From Macrostomum lignano (Eukaryota): DNA of 64,000 nt. The stretch's first letter is position 1; every line of letters starts with the position of its first letter. This document shows positions 11,004 to 20,231 of this stretch, piece after piece. A model generated the notes under the pieces. That model did no database searches, was not told where the DNA came from, and worked only from the letters and a program-made list of their open reading frames with translations. A program made the position numbers and the translations under genes. The DNA is taken from positions 1 to 64,000 of the forward strand of contig NIVC01001095.1 in NCBI GenBank assembly GCA_002269645.1, given 5' to 3'.

Positions 11004-12362
11004 ATGGCCTTCAGTAAACCATTATTTCTAGGTTCTGCATTGGATATTCAGTCAGCTATAACAAAACTACCACCCATCTTCGCCACTGGAAAATATCCTG
11101 GCGAATTTCATATTCCAGGGTATTCTTTCACTGGCCCAGGTACAAATTTAGACAAGAGACTCAATCCAACTACAGACTGGCCTCGGTATGATAGTCTACC
11201 AATTAATCCAATTGATTGGACTGCTTACTATCATGACAAAAGCTATAGAGATGCTGTAAAGACGTCTTCAACTCCAGAGGAAGCCCTAGCAAAGAAGCAT
11301 ATTGCTGATGAAAAAATGATAGCTGATTTAGATGCTATTCCAACCAGCGACTTGTCGGTAAAGGAGAGACTCATTAGAAATCTAATAAAGCGTATTATCA
11401 ATGCTAAAGTTCGGTTTGGATTAGGAATTCATACTCACAACCCCAACAATTGTATAGACTGTCTAACAATTTATGGTAAGGGTCTTAGCTATGAAGATGC
11501 AGTAAAATTGCATAGGGAATACAGAAAGCCAAGAGTATTTAGAAAAATGATTCACTATGCAAAAGACACAATTTGGCATGCAGATATCATTATCCTACCG
11601 CCCGAAAGAGGTTACAAATATGCTCTCACTATCATAGATGGTTTTACACGTTACGCCTGGGCAGTTCCTTTGAAAACAAAGACGGGAGCGGAAGTTGCAG
11701 AAGCTTTCCAAAAAGTATTTAAGGAATCAGGAAGACGATCAGAGAGACTTTGTGTAGATGAAGGCAAGGAGTTTTATAATCAGCATATGTACAAGCTATA
11801 CTCGTTTTCAAAAGACAACATTAGAAAGAAGGATGAAAGGGGTGAATATATTAACAAGATGTTTTCAATTTATGGCGAGTCCAAGAATGCAATGATTGAG
11901 AGGTTCAATCGTACTCTCACAAATAAACTCTGGTTTGAATTTGATCTACAGGGTAATCAGAAGTGGCTCCACACATTGCCAGCTATTGTTGAAAAATACA
12001 ACAACACAATCCATTCTGAGATTCTGATAACTCCTTCAGAAGCATCTAAACATCCTGAGCGAGTACCAAAGCCAACTTTCGAGTATTCAAATGAGAAACC
12101 AAACTTCAAAGTAGGTGACAAAGTTCATATCTATAGATATAAGGAGCACTTTGAAAAGGGTCGAAGAGGATATTGGAAAATTTCAGAAGTGTTTAGGATA
12201 AAGAAAATAGTTTACTCCAATCCCATAACCTACATTATTGAGGATGAGAATGGAGAAGAAATCATTGGATCATTTTACAAATCCCAGCTTCTACCAGCAA
12301 ATTTTTCAACTAAAAATGAGCGCCTATCGAACAAACTGCAAACGGGCGAAAGGTCAGATTGA
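11004..12362 (+). CDS. Parvovirus-type PLA2 domain fused to a Polinton retroviral-like (rve) integrase, 452 aa
   Basis: N-terminus GYSFTGPG...PINPIDWTAYYHDKSY...ADEKM (Ca-loop and HD dyad). C-terminus WHADI / CVDEGKEF / NAMIERFNRT (D,D,E), then a Polinton-type FKVGDKV..NPITY..EEIIGSFY tail. Confidence 0.92.
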   Translation: MAFSKPLFLGSALDIQSAITKLPPIFATGKYPGEFHIPGYSFTGPGTNLDKRLNPTTDWPRYDSLPINPIDWTAYYHDKSYRDAVKTSSTPEEALAKKHIADEKMIADLDAIPTSDLSVKERLIRNLIKRIINAKVRFGLGIHTHNPNNCIDCLTIYGKGLSYEDAVKLHREYRKPRVFRKMIHYAKDTIWHADIIILPPERGYKYALTIIDGFTRYAWAVPLKTKTGAEVAEAFQKVFKESGRRSERLCVDEGKEFYNQHMYKLYSFSKDNIRKKDERGEYINKMFSIYGESKNAMIERFNRTLTNKLWFEFDLQGNQKWLHTLPAIVEKYNNTIHSEILITPSEASKHPERVPKPTFEYSNEKPNFKVGDKVHIYRYKEHFEKGRRGYWKISEVFRIKKIVYSNPITYIIEDENGEEIIGSFYKSQLLPANFSTKNERLSNKLQTGERSD

Positions 12363-12738
12363 AACGTCTGATTCACAACTACTAGCTGATAAAGAGGGTG
12401 AAGGAATTGGTGATATGATCAGTGGTGTCACAAACTTTTTATCAAATCATGGAAGTAAAATTGTGAGTGGAGCTGATGCAATAGGTAAAACAGCTACCAC
12501 AGCGAAGAACATATTCGATGCGAAGAAATCATACAGTGACATGTCTAAAGCAGGTGAGGAACTGGAATATATTAAAAAGAAACGTAGAGATAAAGAAGCA
12601 AAGAAAAGAATGGAAGAAGAGCAACAGATAGCTTCTCAATCAAATAAGGCTATTCAAGATATTGTTAAAAAGGCTCTAGGAACAGCAGAACAGTCTCAAG
12701 TGTCTTTGAGACAAGGCAATGGTTTGAAGAAATTCTGA
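12316..12738 (+). CDS. Polinton small ORF, adenovirus pVI-like virion core/membrane-lytic candidate (140 aa from ATG 12316)
   Basis: KEGEG|IGDMISGVTNFLSNHGSKIV (GxG followed by an amphipathic helix), basic KKKRR stretch, C-terminal QGNG|LKKF. TAAAAATG start context; overlaps the integrase 3' end. Confidence 0.55.
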   Translation: MSAYRTNCKRAKGQIETSDSQLLADKEGEGIGDMISGVTNFLSNHGSKIVSGADAIGKTATTAKNIFDAKKSYSDMSKAGEELEYIKKKRRDKEAKKRMEEEQQIASQSNKAIQDIVKKALGTAEQSQVSLRQGNGLKKF

Positions 12739-12746
12739 CCTTAAAA

Positions 12747-12998
12747 ATGAGCGAGAAAAACACTGAAGCAAGACTCAATCGATATGTTCGAGAGGGAAAA
12801 CCAAGATATGTTACTGTAAATAAGCAAAAGCAATATCTTTCTAAAGAGAAGATTCGAGAATTGCAAGAGAAACAGAAAGAACATGAAGGTGGAATAATTC
12901 CTCTATTAGGCTTACTACCAGCAATTTTGGGTGGTATCGGAGCAGCCTCAGGAGTTGGTACAATGATTGCAAAAAGTGTTAATTTAGGTAATTTATAA
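12747..12998 (+). CDS. Adenovirus pX(mu)-like small ORF, probably truncated at the deletion junction
   Basis: HEGG|IIPLLGLLPAILGGIGAASGV resembles the pX C-terminus RGG|ILPLLIPLIAAAIGAVPGIASV. Confidence 0.65.
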   Translation: MSEKNTEARLNRYVREGKPRYVTVNKQKQYLSKEKIRELQEKQKEHEGGIIPLLGLLPAILGGIGAASGVGTMIAKSVNLGNL

Positions 12999-14080
12999 AG
13001 ACCGGGTGCATTTTTACCGCACAACCTTGAGTGCTCGGCCAACACGTTTTCACTTGTGTAAACAGTCATGCATGTTCTGCATAAAAATGACTTGTGATTT
13101 ACACGCTTTCCAGTTTGTTTTGAAACTAATGTTGTAAGATTTTTTATCAGACAATAATGAGTCTTACCATCTTCCTCCAGGTATAGTAAATCTACTACAT
13201 AAGTTCGTTGATTATGAGGTGAGACATAGAGATGTTGTAGTGTATCTGGGAATTTACCTTCATAATACAGCACATTAACAGCAAACTCTTCATTTAGTCT
13301 TTCAAACTTTTTTATATCTTTTATTCTCATGGGGAATTGGATATCGGTGAGATTAAGTTCTTTTTCATATGGTTTATATTTTGACACTCGATAACCATCT
13401 TTATTTTGTGGATGTTTAACAGCTAATACACACCAGAGGAAGCATTTCTCATCATCATTCTGAATGTTAAGAATTGATCGACATTTTTTAATTTCATTGT
13501 TAGTAAAGAAGGATCCTCCCTGAATGCTAGAAACCTTGGCAACTCTGATGTAGATAGATTTTATCTGCACAAAGACATTATCTGATCCCTTCTCACAGAA
13601 CTCATCAATGAACTTTTCCAATGTCTCCTGTCTTTCGCTAAGGGCAGTGTCATACTGTGAATCTGACTGAATATTGTAGAATCCACTTTCATTGTCATAG
13701 ACTGTGAATGGAGGAATGTCTTCGTTAAAATTCTTTTTGAATTCTAGTTCAAAATGCAAGTTGAACTTACTCCGTCCACCATCTCTAACTTTCTCCAACA
13801 CTGCTTTAATTGCATCTTCATACTGAATAAAAACCTTTGTTATATAACCTTCATTAACATTCCTAATGACATACTCTGAAATTTCTGACTTCTTATTATA
13901 CTTCTCTCTAAAGGATTTATGTAGTATTATTTCATCACCAATCTGCGGAGCTGCCACTTCATCTTCTTTGGACTCCGCTATAGGCTCATTATCTGTGTGC
14001 TTTTGCTGCTGACGCCGAAACCGCTCAGCTTGAATGTATTGTTCAAATTCTTCATCACTCATCTTTCTGAGTTGTTCCAT
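12985..14080 (-). pseudogene. Protein-primed DNA polymerase B, N-terminal (terminal-protein) part only; catalytic core deleted
   Basis: Polinton pPolB N-terminal signatures ILNIQNDDEKCFLWCVLA..HP, IQFPMRIKDIKKFE..N, HYCLIKNL and zinc knuckle CRTC..EHSRLC. After GLYKLP the frame runs antisense through the pX-like ORF; no Exo or Pol motifs. Confidence 0.88.
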
Positions 14081-14187
14081 TTTTTATAAAATAAATTTAG
14101 CAGGAAAATTATGTAATGACGTTATAAATTTATTGTGGCATCCACAGGATTAAGCAATTAGAAATGTATAAGCGATATTACAATAGG

Positions 14188-14417
14188 CAGAAAAAGAACC
14201 AGATACTGCAGTATTCGATGTGAAAAAGCAACGAGCAAAAAAGAACCAGATACTGCAGTATTCGATGTGAAAAAGCAACGAGCAAAAAAGAACCAGATAC
14301 TGCAGTATTCGATGTGAAAAAGCAACGAGCAAAAAAGAACCAGATACTGCAGTATTCGATGTGAAAAAGCAACGAGCAAAAAAGAACCAGATACTGCAGT
14401 ATTCGATGTGAAAAAGA
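14188..14417. repeat. 47-bp tandem repeat (about 5 copies), each with the 12-bp palindrome ATACTGCAGTAT
   Basis: GCAAAAAAGAACCAGATACTGCAGTATTCGATGTGAAAAAGCAACGA at 47-bp spacing (14282, 14329). Confidence 0.93.
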
Positions 14418-14476
14418 ATAGTCAGCATAATGAGAGTCAGATGTTATGATTCACAACGCGCGCAATAAGATTTTCA

Positions 14477-15112
14477 TCAGATCAGAAGTGCATCTTCATC
14501 CTCTTCCTCCAGCATCTCCAGGGCTTTCTCAGCGTACTTGATTATAGAACGTAGGCGAAACAGTGAGATGCCACAACGCCACAGAATTGGATGTGCTGTG
14601 CTTAGACGAGCCACTCGGACTAAATAGTTCCCCCACGCGGACTTAAAGCGTAGTCTAGACAAAAATACTTTATACTCCTCGTCACTCAATGAAAGCTTCA
14701 TTCTTATTAATATCTGACCAGACTTAATTCCATACTGCAAGCCCCGGCACTGTAGCTCGTTTATCATTTTATCAATGGAATTAAGTTCTGTAATTGCATC
14801 CTGAAATTGATACTCTCCGTCCATAAATTCATTAATCTCTCCCGGCTCTTGATGCTCCATCGAATCCCGCAGTATTTTAGCAGCTTCTGCTATTCGTTCC
14901 TTTGTCTTGTCCACTCTCTCCAATCTACCTCGAAAAGTTGGAATAGCAAACTTCTTCCTATTAAATTTTCTAGCAACCTTGTTATATTCTCCTATCCATT
15001 TCTTACAATGCTTTAAATCCCCACTACAAAAAATCTCCTTGATAAGACTATCGAGGTCGGATTCGAATGATGCCATTGCTGCCTCCATACGGGATTCTAA
15101 AATGTAGGGCAT
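14477..15112 (-). CDS. Polinton accessory ORF, 211 aa, unknown function (weak DUF3102-like helical pattern)
   Basis: Non-repetitive open frame inside the TIRs; pattern G..L...K.......F.......F.....Y; acidic C-terminus. Confidence 0.65.
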   Translation of the reverse strand: MPYILESRMEAAMASFESDLDSLIKEIFCSGDLKHCKKWIGEYNKVARKFNRKKFAIPTFRGRLERVDKTKERIAEAAKILRDSMEHQEPGEINEFMDGEYQFQDAITELNSIDKMINELQCRGLQYGIKSGQILIRMKLSLSDEEYKVFLSRLRFKSAWGNYLVRVARLSTAHPILWRCGISLFRLRSIIKYAEKALEMLEEEDEDALLI

Positions 15113-15828
15113 TATAACTATTTAGCTAGTATCAAAATCAACACAAGAACAAAACTCTTATTTCTTACCTTTTCGTTGTTGCTGAGTTGTGTGATTTATA
15201 TGTTCACTCTGTTTGCTTTAGTCTGTCTGATAAACGTGTGTTGTATTGCTTCCAAAACTAAAGCGGGTTTTTATCAAGCCACCTAAGCGACTTCTTACAT
15301 GCGCACTGAGTCATGAAAATAGAGAAAAAACTGCCATGGCCGTGCTTTAGAGTTGGGGTTTAAGAGGTGCTCAATTCCTGCTGCAGCATGCTGATATTCA
15401 AAACCTATTGATAAAGGAACAATAAATTCTTATTGACTCAACTGCTAAACTGTTAGGGTTAGGTTAGTTGCTTTGCTTCATTCTTGATGCGAAAAGCTAG
15501 AAAGAATGTTGAGTCATTCTGCTTTAAAGAAAAAAGGAACATAGTTTCTTTCAGTGTGCATTGTGCAGTGCGATGCCATGCATCTCAAGTAACTACAATT
15601 CTGACTCATGTGGATAGAATTTTTTCTGCATCTGGCATGAGCCTGCAAAGTTGCATTCCATTCACCCGGTGTCGCTTTCTCATTGGTTGTCATCAATGAG
15701 ATACCAATGAGAATTGAGGTTATGCGCTGCTTTTGTATTTTCACATAATATTAATACAGGAATGAATTTGGAAAGATGGCTGATAATTCTCTCCAAATTC
15801 ATTGCAACAATAAAAAGCTTTAATAGAC

Positions 15829-16356
15829 ATGCCATCCGAAAAGGAACTTCGCAAGAGATATAGGGATCATCGAAAGGAATTCGAACTCACAAAGCAAAAG
15901 ATTCGAAGGCTCATGCCATTAACTATATTTGCAGATCTAGGTTCTGAGAGACTAATCAATAAGCTACAAGGTTTAGATACATTCAAGTCCTTTACGGAGG
16001 AGGATAAGCTCCTGAAGCTTCTGAAGGAAAATGTGGCAAAAAGAAAAAGCATGCAAGCTATTGCACTATCCTATCAAAACCAAGCTCAAGCCATGCAAGC
16101 GATTGGTGATTTGGATACTGAAGATGATAGCCTTCCACCACCCTATGAGATCGCTGCTGACAACCGAGGCACTGCTGACATCCAAGGCACTGCTGACATC
16201 CAAGGCACTGCTGACAACCGAGGTACTGCTGACATCCAAGGCACTGCTGACATCCAAGGCGCTGCTGACAACCGAGGCACTGCTGACATCCAAGGCGCTG
16301 CTGACAACCGAGGCACTGCTGACAACCGAGGTACTGCTGCTTCATCAGCTAACTAA
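15829..16356 (+). CDS. Polinton accessory ORF, 175 aa, with a PPPY motif and a hexapeptide repeat tail
   Basis: Helical charged N-half, DSLPPPYEI, then an 18-bp repeat encoding TAD(N/I)(R/Q)G. Confidence 0.6.
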   Translation: MPSEKELRKRYRDHRKEFELTKQKIRRLMPLTIFADLGSERLINKLQGLDTFKSFTEEDKLLKLLKENVAKRKSMQAIALSYQNQAQAMQAIGDLDTEDDSLPPPYEIAADNRGTADIQGTADIQGTADNRGTADIQGTADIQGAADNRGTADIQGAADNRGTADNRGTAASSAN

Positions 16357-16671
16357 AACTAGATGATTGATGACTTGTGGCGATCATGGACTAATTTGTC
16401 AATATTAATAAATTGCTCTAATGTTTTAATTTTGTTCTTCATAGGCGTTTGAGGACTTTTTGTTACTGTTTTAATAATCACTACTTTAATATTTAAAATA
16501 CAAAACCATTATTATTATTTGCATAAGTTATGCGAAGTGTATCCTAAAAACGGATTTTAAGGAGCTGTTATCTTTTTTAATTTTTTATAATTAATTTTCA
16601 TTATAGCAATTTTGATTTACGTGAATTAGATTTAACTTTGTGTAATGGAAGCTGTCCTTGACCAATTTTTA

Positions 16672-17573
16672 GAGTTCCTGCGAGAGCCTATTTGACCATA
16701 CGCTTCACTCAGTGTGGGTTTCGCACGACGTTAAAGCTGAGTCACAATATAAAAATTGCTTTGAGGAGAATTTCTCCTGCTATTTGTTCCATTTTTAAGA
16801 TACATAATTTAGAAAAGGGTTAGTGAAATCGTCCGTAGGTAGGGTCGCGAGAGCATTGTTCGTTTGTAACTTGCGTGGCCCACTTCATGTCTTTTTTTAC
16901 AGCTAGATAGAGGGTGAACACAAAAGATTTGCACGAGCCACTCCTATTGGATGCCAAAACCAAACACTTTTTGGCAGAAATTTTGGCAAAAATTTTGGTT
17001 TTGGCAGAAATTTTGGCAGCCAATAGAAATGTTGAGTGCTGCGGTTAGTGCTCTAGTAGTCGAGTATGCATGCCACGAAAAATTTAAATTAGCGCTCCAT
17101 GTTCTTGAATGTCTTCTATTATCTTTAAGTACAAATCTAGAACAGCATTAAAGCCATTTCAAAGCCTCGGGACAAAGCGAATGTGCAGGAGCAAATTATT
17201 GACTTTTGTAGAAGCATTGTATGCCTCGAGTGGACAATTTTTATGCATAGATGGTAGCTGACTGATCGTTAAAAGCAAAGCTAGTAAGATTGGCTTATTG
17301 AAGGGCGTTATGCAATGGGAGAAAAGACTATTATTAAATTTGATGCTAGTTTTGAAATGATGAAACCTGAAAATAGGTTATTTTAACCCACGAATCAAAA
17401 ATTTCTTGTGGTTTTACTCACGAAATCGCGCAAAAAGCAATTTTTCGAAACTTTTGAAAAATCACTAAAATCACTGTTTTCAGACAATTTTCACCTGTTT
17501 TTAGTCGATTTTTATCTGTTTTTTGTGATTTTTCAAAATGGGTTGCGCTCAAACCTACTTTTCCTATACTACT
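16672..17573 (-). repeat. Polinton right TIR (902 bp)
   Basis: Reverse complement of 9713-10614. Confidence 0.95.
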
Positions 17574-18277
17574 TAACCCATATTGGAGCTGCAATCCAAC
17601 CTAAATAACCCATATTGGAGCTGCAATCCAACCTAAATAACCCATATTGGAGCTGCAATCCAACCTAAATAACCCATATTGGAGCTGCAATCCAACCTAA
17701 ATAACCCATATTGGAGCTGCAATCCAACCTAAATAACCCATATTGGAGCTGCAATCCAACCTAAATAACCCATATTGGAGCTGCAATCCAACCTAAATAA
17801 CCCATATTGGAGCTGCAATCCAACCTAAATAACCCATATTGGAGCTGCAATCCAACCTAAATAACCCATATTGGAGCTGCAACCCAACCTAAATAACCCA
17901 TATTGGAGCTGCAACCCAACCTAAATAACCCATATTGGAGCTGCAACCCAGCCTAAATAACCCATATTGGAGCTGCAACCCAACCTAAATAACCCATATT
18001 GGAGCTGCAACCCAACCTAAATAACCCATATTGGAGCTGCAATCCAACCTAAATAACCCATATTGGAGCTGCAATCCAACCTAAATAACCCATATTGGAG
18101 CTGCAATCCAACCTAAATAACCCATATTGGAGCTGCAATCCAACCTAAATAACCCATATTGGAGCTGCAACCCAACCTAAATAACCCATATTGGAGCTGC
18201 AACCCAACCTAAATAACCCATATTGGAGCTGCAATCCAACCTAAATAACTCATATTGGAGCTGCAACCCAACCTATA
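17574..18277. repeat. 32-bp minisatellite interrupted by the Polinton (left part at 9655-9712)
   Basis: Unit TAACCCATATTGGAGCTGCAATCCAACCTAAA on both sides of the element. Confidence 0.95.
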
Positions 18278-18914
18278 TAACACACAATAGACCTCAATGT
18301 TCAATCAGTCTCTCCGACTAAAGAACAGACTTCTCACTACTTGCAGTCTAGTTCAAAGCATTACAAAGTTCAGCACTATGTAAATGATTCAATAAAGCAA
18401 ATATAAGCAGAAATATGAAACTACACAATTGACTTAGCTAAAGAACTAGCCCAGATTAGACTTGTCAAATATTAACATTTAGTCAGGTGTTTCAATACGT
18501 TCTTCTATACAATATAACTATACTGCAAACCAGATAAAAAGTTCAAGCATAGTTGTTGGAAACTTTTATAATTTTATCACACAAACCATGGGATATTTTT
18601 CATTTAAAGCAGAATTCATTTCTTTCCAATTTAGCCTACCTGGCATCCCAGGGTTTGGAATCCAATTGACAACAGTCACCTGCTTGTCTGAGAGAGTTGT
18701 TGCCAAGCAACCTTATCTGGGTTGTTTTTTTATCAATTTATATGTAACAAACCACACAATTGAAGTAGTTATTATGACAGAACAGTGCAGAACAAAGAGA
18801 AACTGTCTGTGTATTGTGCGTCATTACTTTGAAGCTAGATGAAATTCACTTCAATTTTTACACATCTGGTAGTTATTGACAATCAATAATAATTGTATAA
18901 TTAATGGTACTAGA

Positions 18915-19250
18915 CCAGAGGTTTAGCTCGGCGATCTGATGTGCCAGCGGCCCAGGCTCGATTCCACGTGCAGTCACTTTAACTTGGGGCTGAATTGGAA
19001 TCTCGGATAGGCTCTGCTAGTGCAATTAACACCCTTGAGGGCCAACCCCCCGGGCACAGTGAAGTGTACATGCCTAACGATAAATACAGTTAGGGCCGCT
19101 GTGCACTCCTGTGTGAGTGTGTGCCTGTGCGTATGACTGCGTACGTATCCGCCCGCTTGTGTGCCTGCTCAGGGGAGTCGGCGGAATGGGCAGGCAATGC
19201 CTCTCGTCGTTTGTGCGACAATGTCGCTTCAAGTGCGCCAGGGTGCACCA
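18915..19250 (+). mobile_element. About 340-bp SINE-like interspersed repeat, copy 1
   Basis: B-box-like GGCTCGATTCC near the 5' end; homologous to 23590-23930 and 61100-61445 (shared CTCAGGGGAGTCGGCGGAAT and CATGCCTAACGAT). Confidence 0.75.
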
Positions 19251-19339
19251 GTGTTAAGATCTATTAGTCAGTCAGTCATCTCTAGAAGATTCTATAGACT
19301 GCGTGGAATCAGCAGCCTTTCGGAATCACAGATTCCTAG

Positions 19340-19700
19340 GTGATCTACACTCGGAGATCTATAGACAGAAGCATAATGATCTACAGACAGAAACCTGGTC
19401 ATCTCTAGACTCAGGCGATCTATAGATAGAAACCTGATGATCATCTCTAGACTCAGGTGATCTACAGACAGAAACCTGATGATCATCTCTAGACTCAGGT
19501 GATCTACTGACAGAAACCTGATGATCATCTCTAGACTCAGGTGATCTACAGACAGAAACCTGATTATCTCTAGACTCAGGTGATCTACAGACAGAAACCT
19601 GATTATCTCTAGACTCAGGTGATCTACAGACAGAAACCTGATTATCTCTAGACTCAGGTGATCTACAGACAGGAACCTGATGCTCTCAAGACTCAGGTGA
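19340..19700. repeat. 33-39-bp intronic minisatellite
   Basis: CTAGACTCAGGTGATCTACAGACAGAAACCTGATTATCT units just past the splice donor; forms the spurious tail of ORF 19292..20221. Confidence 0.92.
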
Positions 19701-19717
19701 TCAGGAGACAGTCTCAC

Positions 19718-20231
19718 CTGCAGATATTGGGCCTGTTGAAAGTCGCAGCAGAGGCTGAGCAGATGCGGCGGCTGTCGGGCGGTCACACGAATGCCAACCC
19801 GTTCGCAGGCGCTGAGAAAAACTCCAGCCAAATCCAGCAGCGCCTGATCAGCCTCGATGACGAAGCGCAAATGATTGTCGTTGAAGTTGCTGGGCACCAA
19901 GCGGAGCCGTTTAACTAAGCGACGATTAGAAAATAGTCGAGCTGCCGTGTTGTAGGCTCTCAGCAGGTCCAGGTAGCTGCTTGGAGACACTTCAAATGGC
20001 TCGACTATGGTAGCGTGCGGCATGAAGTCCATGGAGGCGCACCAGCCTCTGGCCGCGCGGTAGCGAGACCAGAATTCCTGGAAGCTGGATTCGACAGAGC
20101 CGACTGGGCACAGGTGCAGGTAGAACTCTCTGGGACTGGCGCCGCCAAGGCTGGGATCGTTGGAGTGATTGCATAGCCAGGCTGCCGCGACCCGATCACC
20201 AGCCAGGGTTGTCGCCGCCACCGCCTGGTTG
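19718..20231 (-). CDS. UBASH3: UBASH3/Sts-like first visible exon (UBA C-half + 2H phosphoesterase domain)
   Basis: AAWLCNHSNDPSL..PREFYLHLCPVG..FQEFW..PHATI matches UBASH3 (DWLFSHVGDPFL..PREYVLYLRPTG..DFW..PHITL). Donor CAG|GTGAGA in phase 0 joins the 9606 exon. The start exon was not located. Confidence 0.85.

Larger units (their letters stand above)
9713..17573. mobile_element. Internally deleted Polinton/Maverick (adintovirus-like) element, 7,861 bp
   Basis: Termini AGTAGTATAGG...CCTATACTACT; 6-bp TSD TAACCC at 9707-9712 and 17574-17579; 902-bp TIRs; integrase, pPolB N-terminus and virion-core-like ORFs inside. Confidence 0.95.

Noticed and set aside
12665-12984. C-terminal ~105 aa of the 471-aa minus-strand ORF as part of pPolB
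   Set aside because: It is the antisense read-through of the pX-like and pVI-like ORFs past the deletion junction.
17574-18277. Regular 32-bp repeats as a CRISPR array
   Set aside because: Units are head-to-tail with no unique spacers, there are no cas genes, and the context is eukaryotic. The same applies to all other arrays.
19292-19717. C-terminal part of the 309-aa ORF
   Set aside because: It lies after a strong phase-0 donor and translates an intronic minisatellite.
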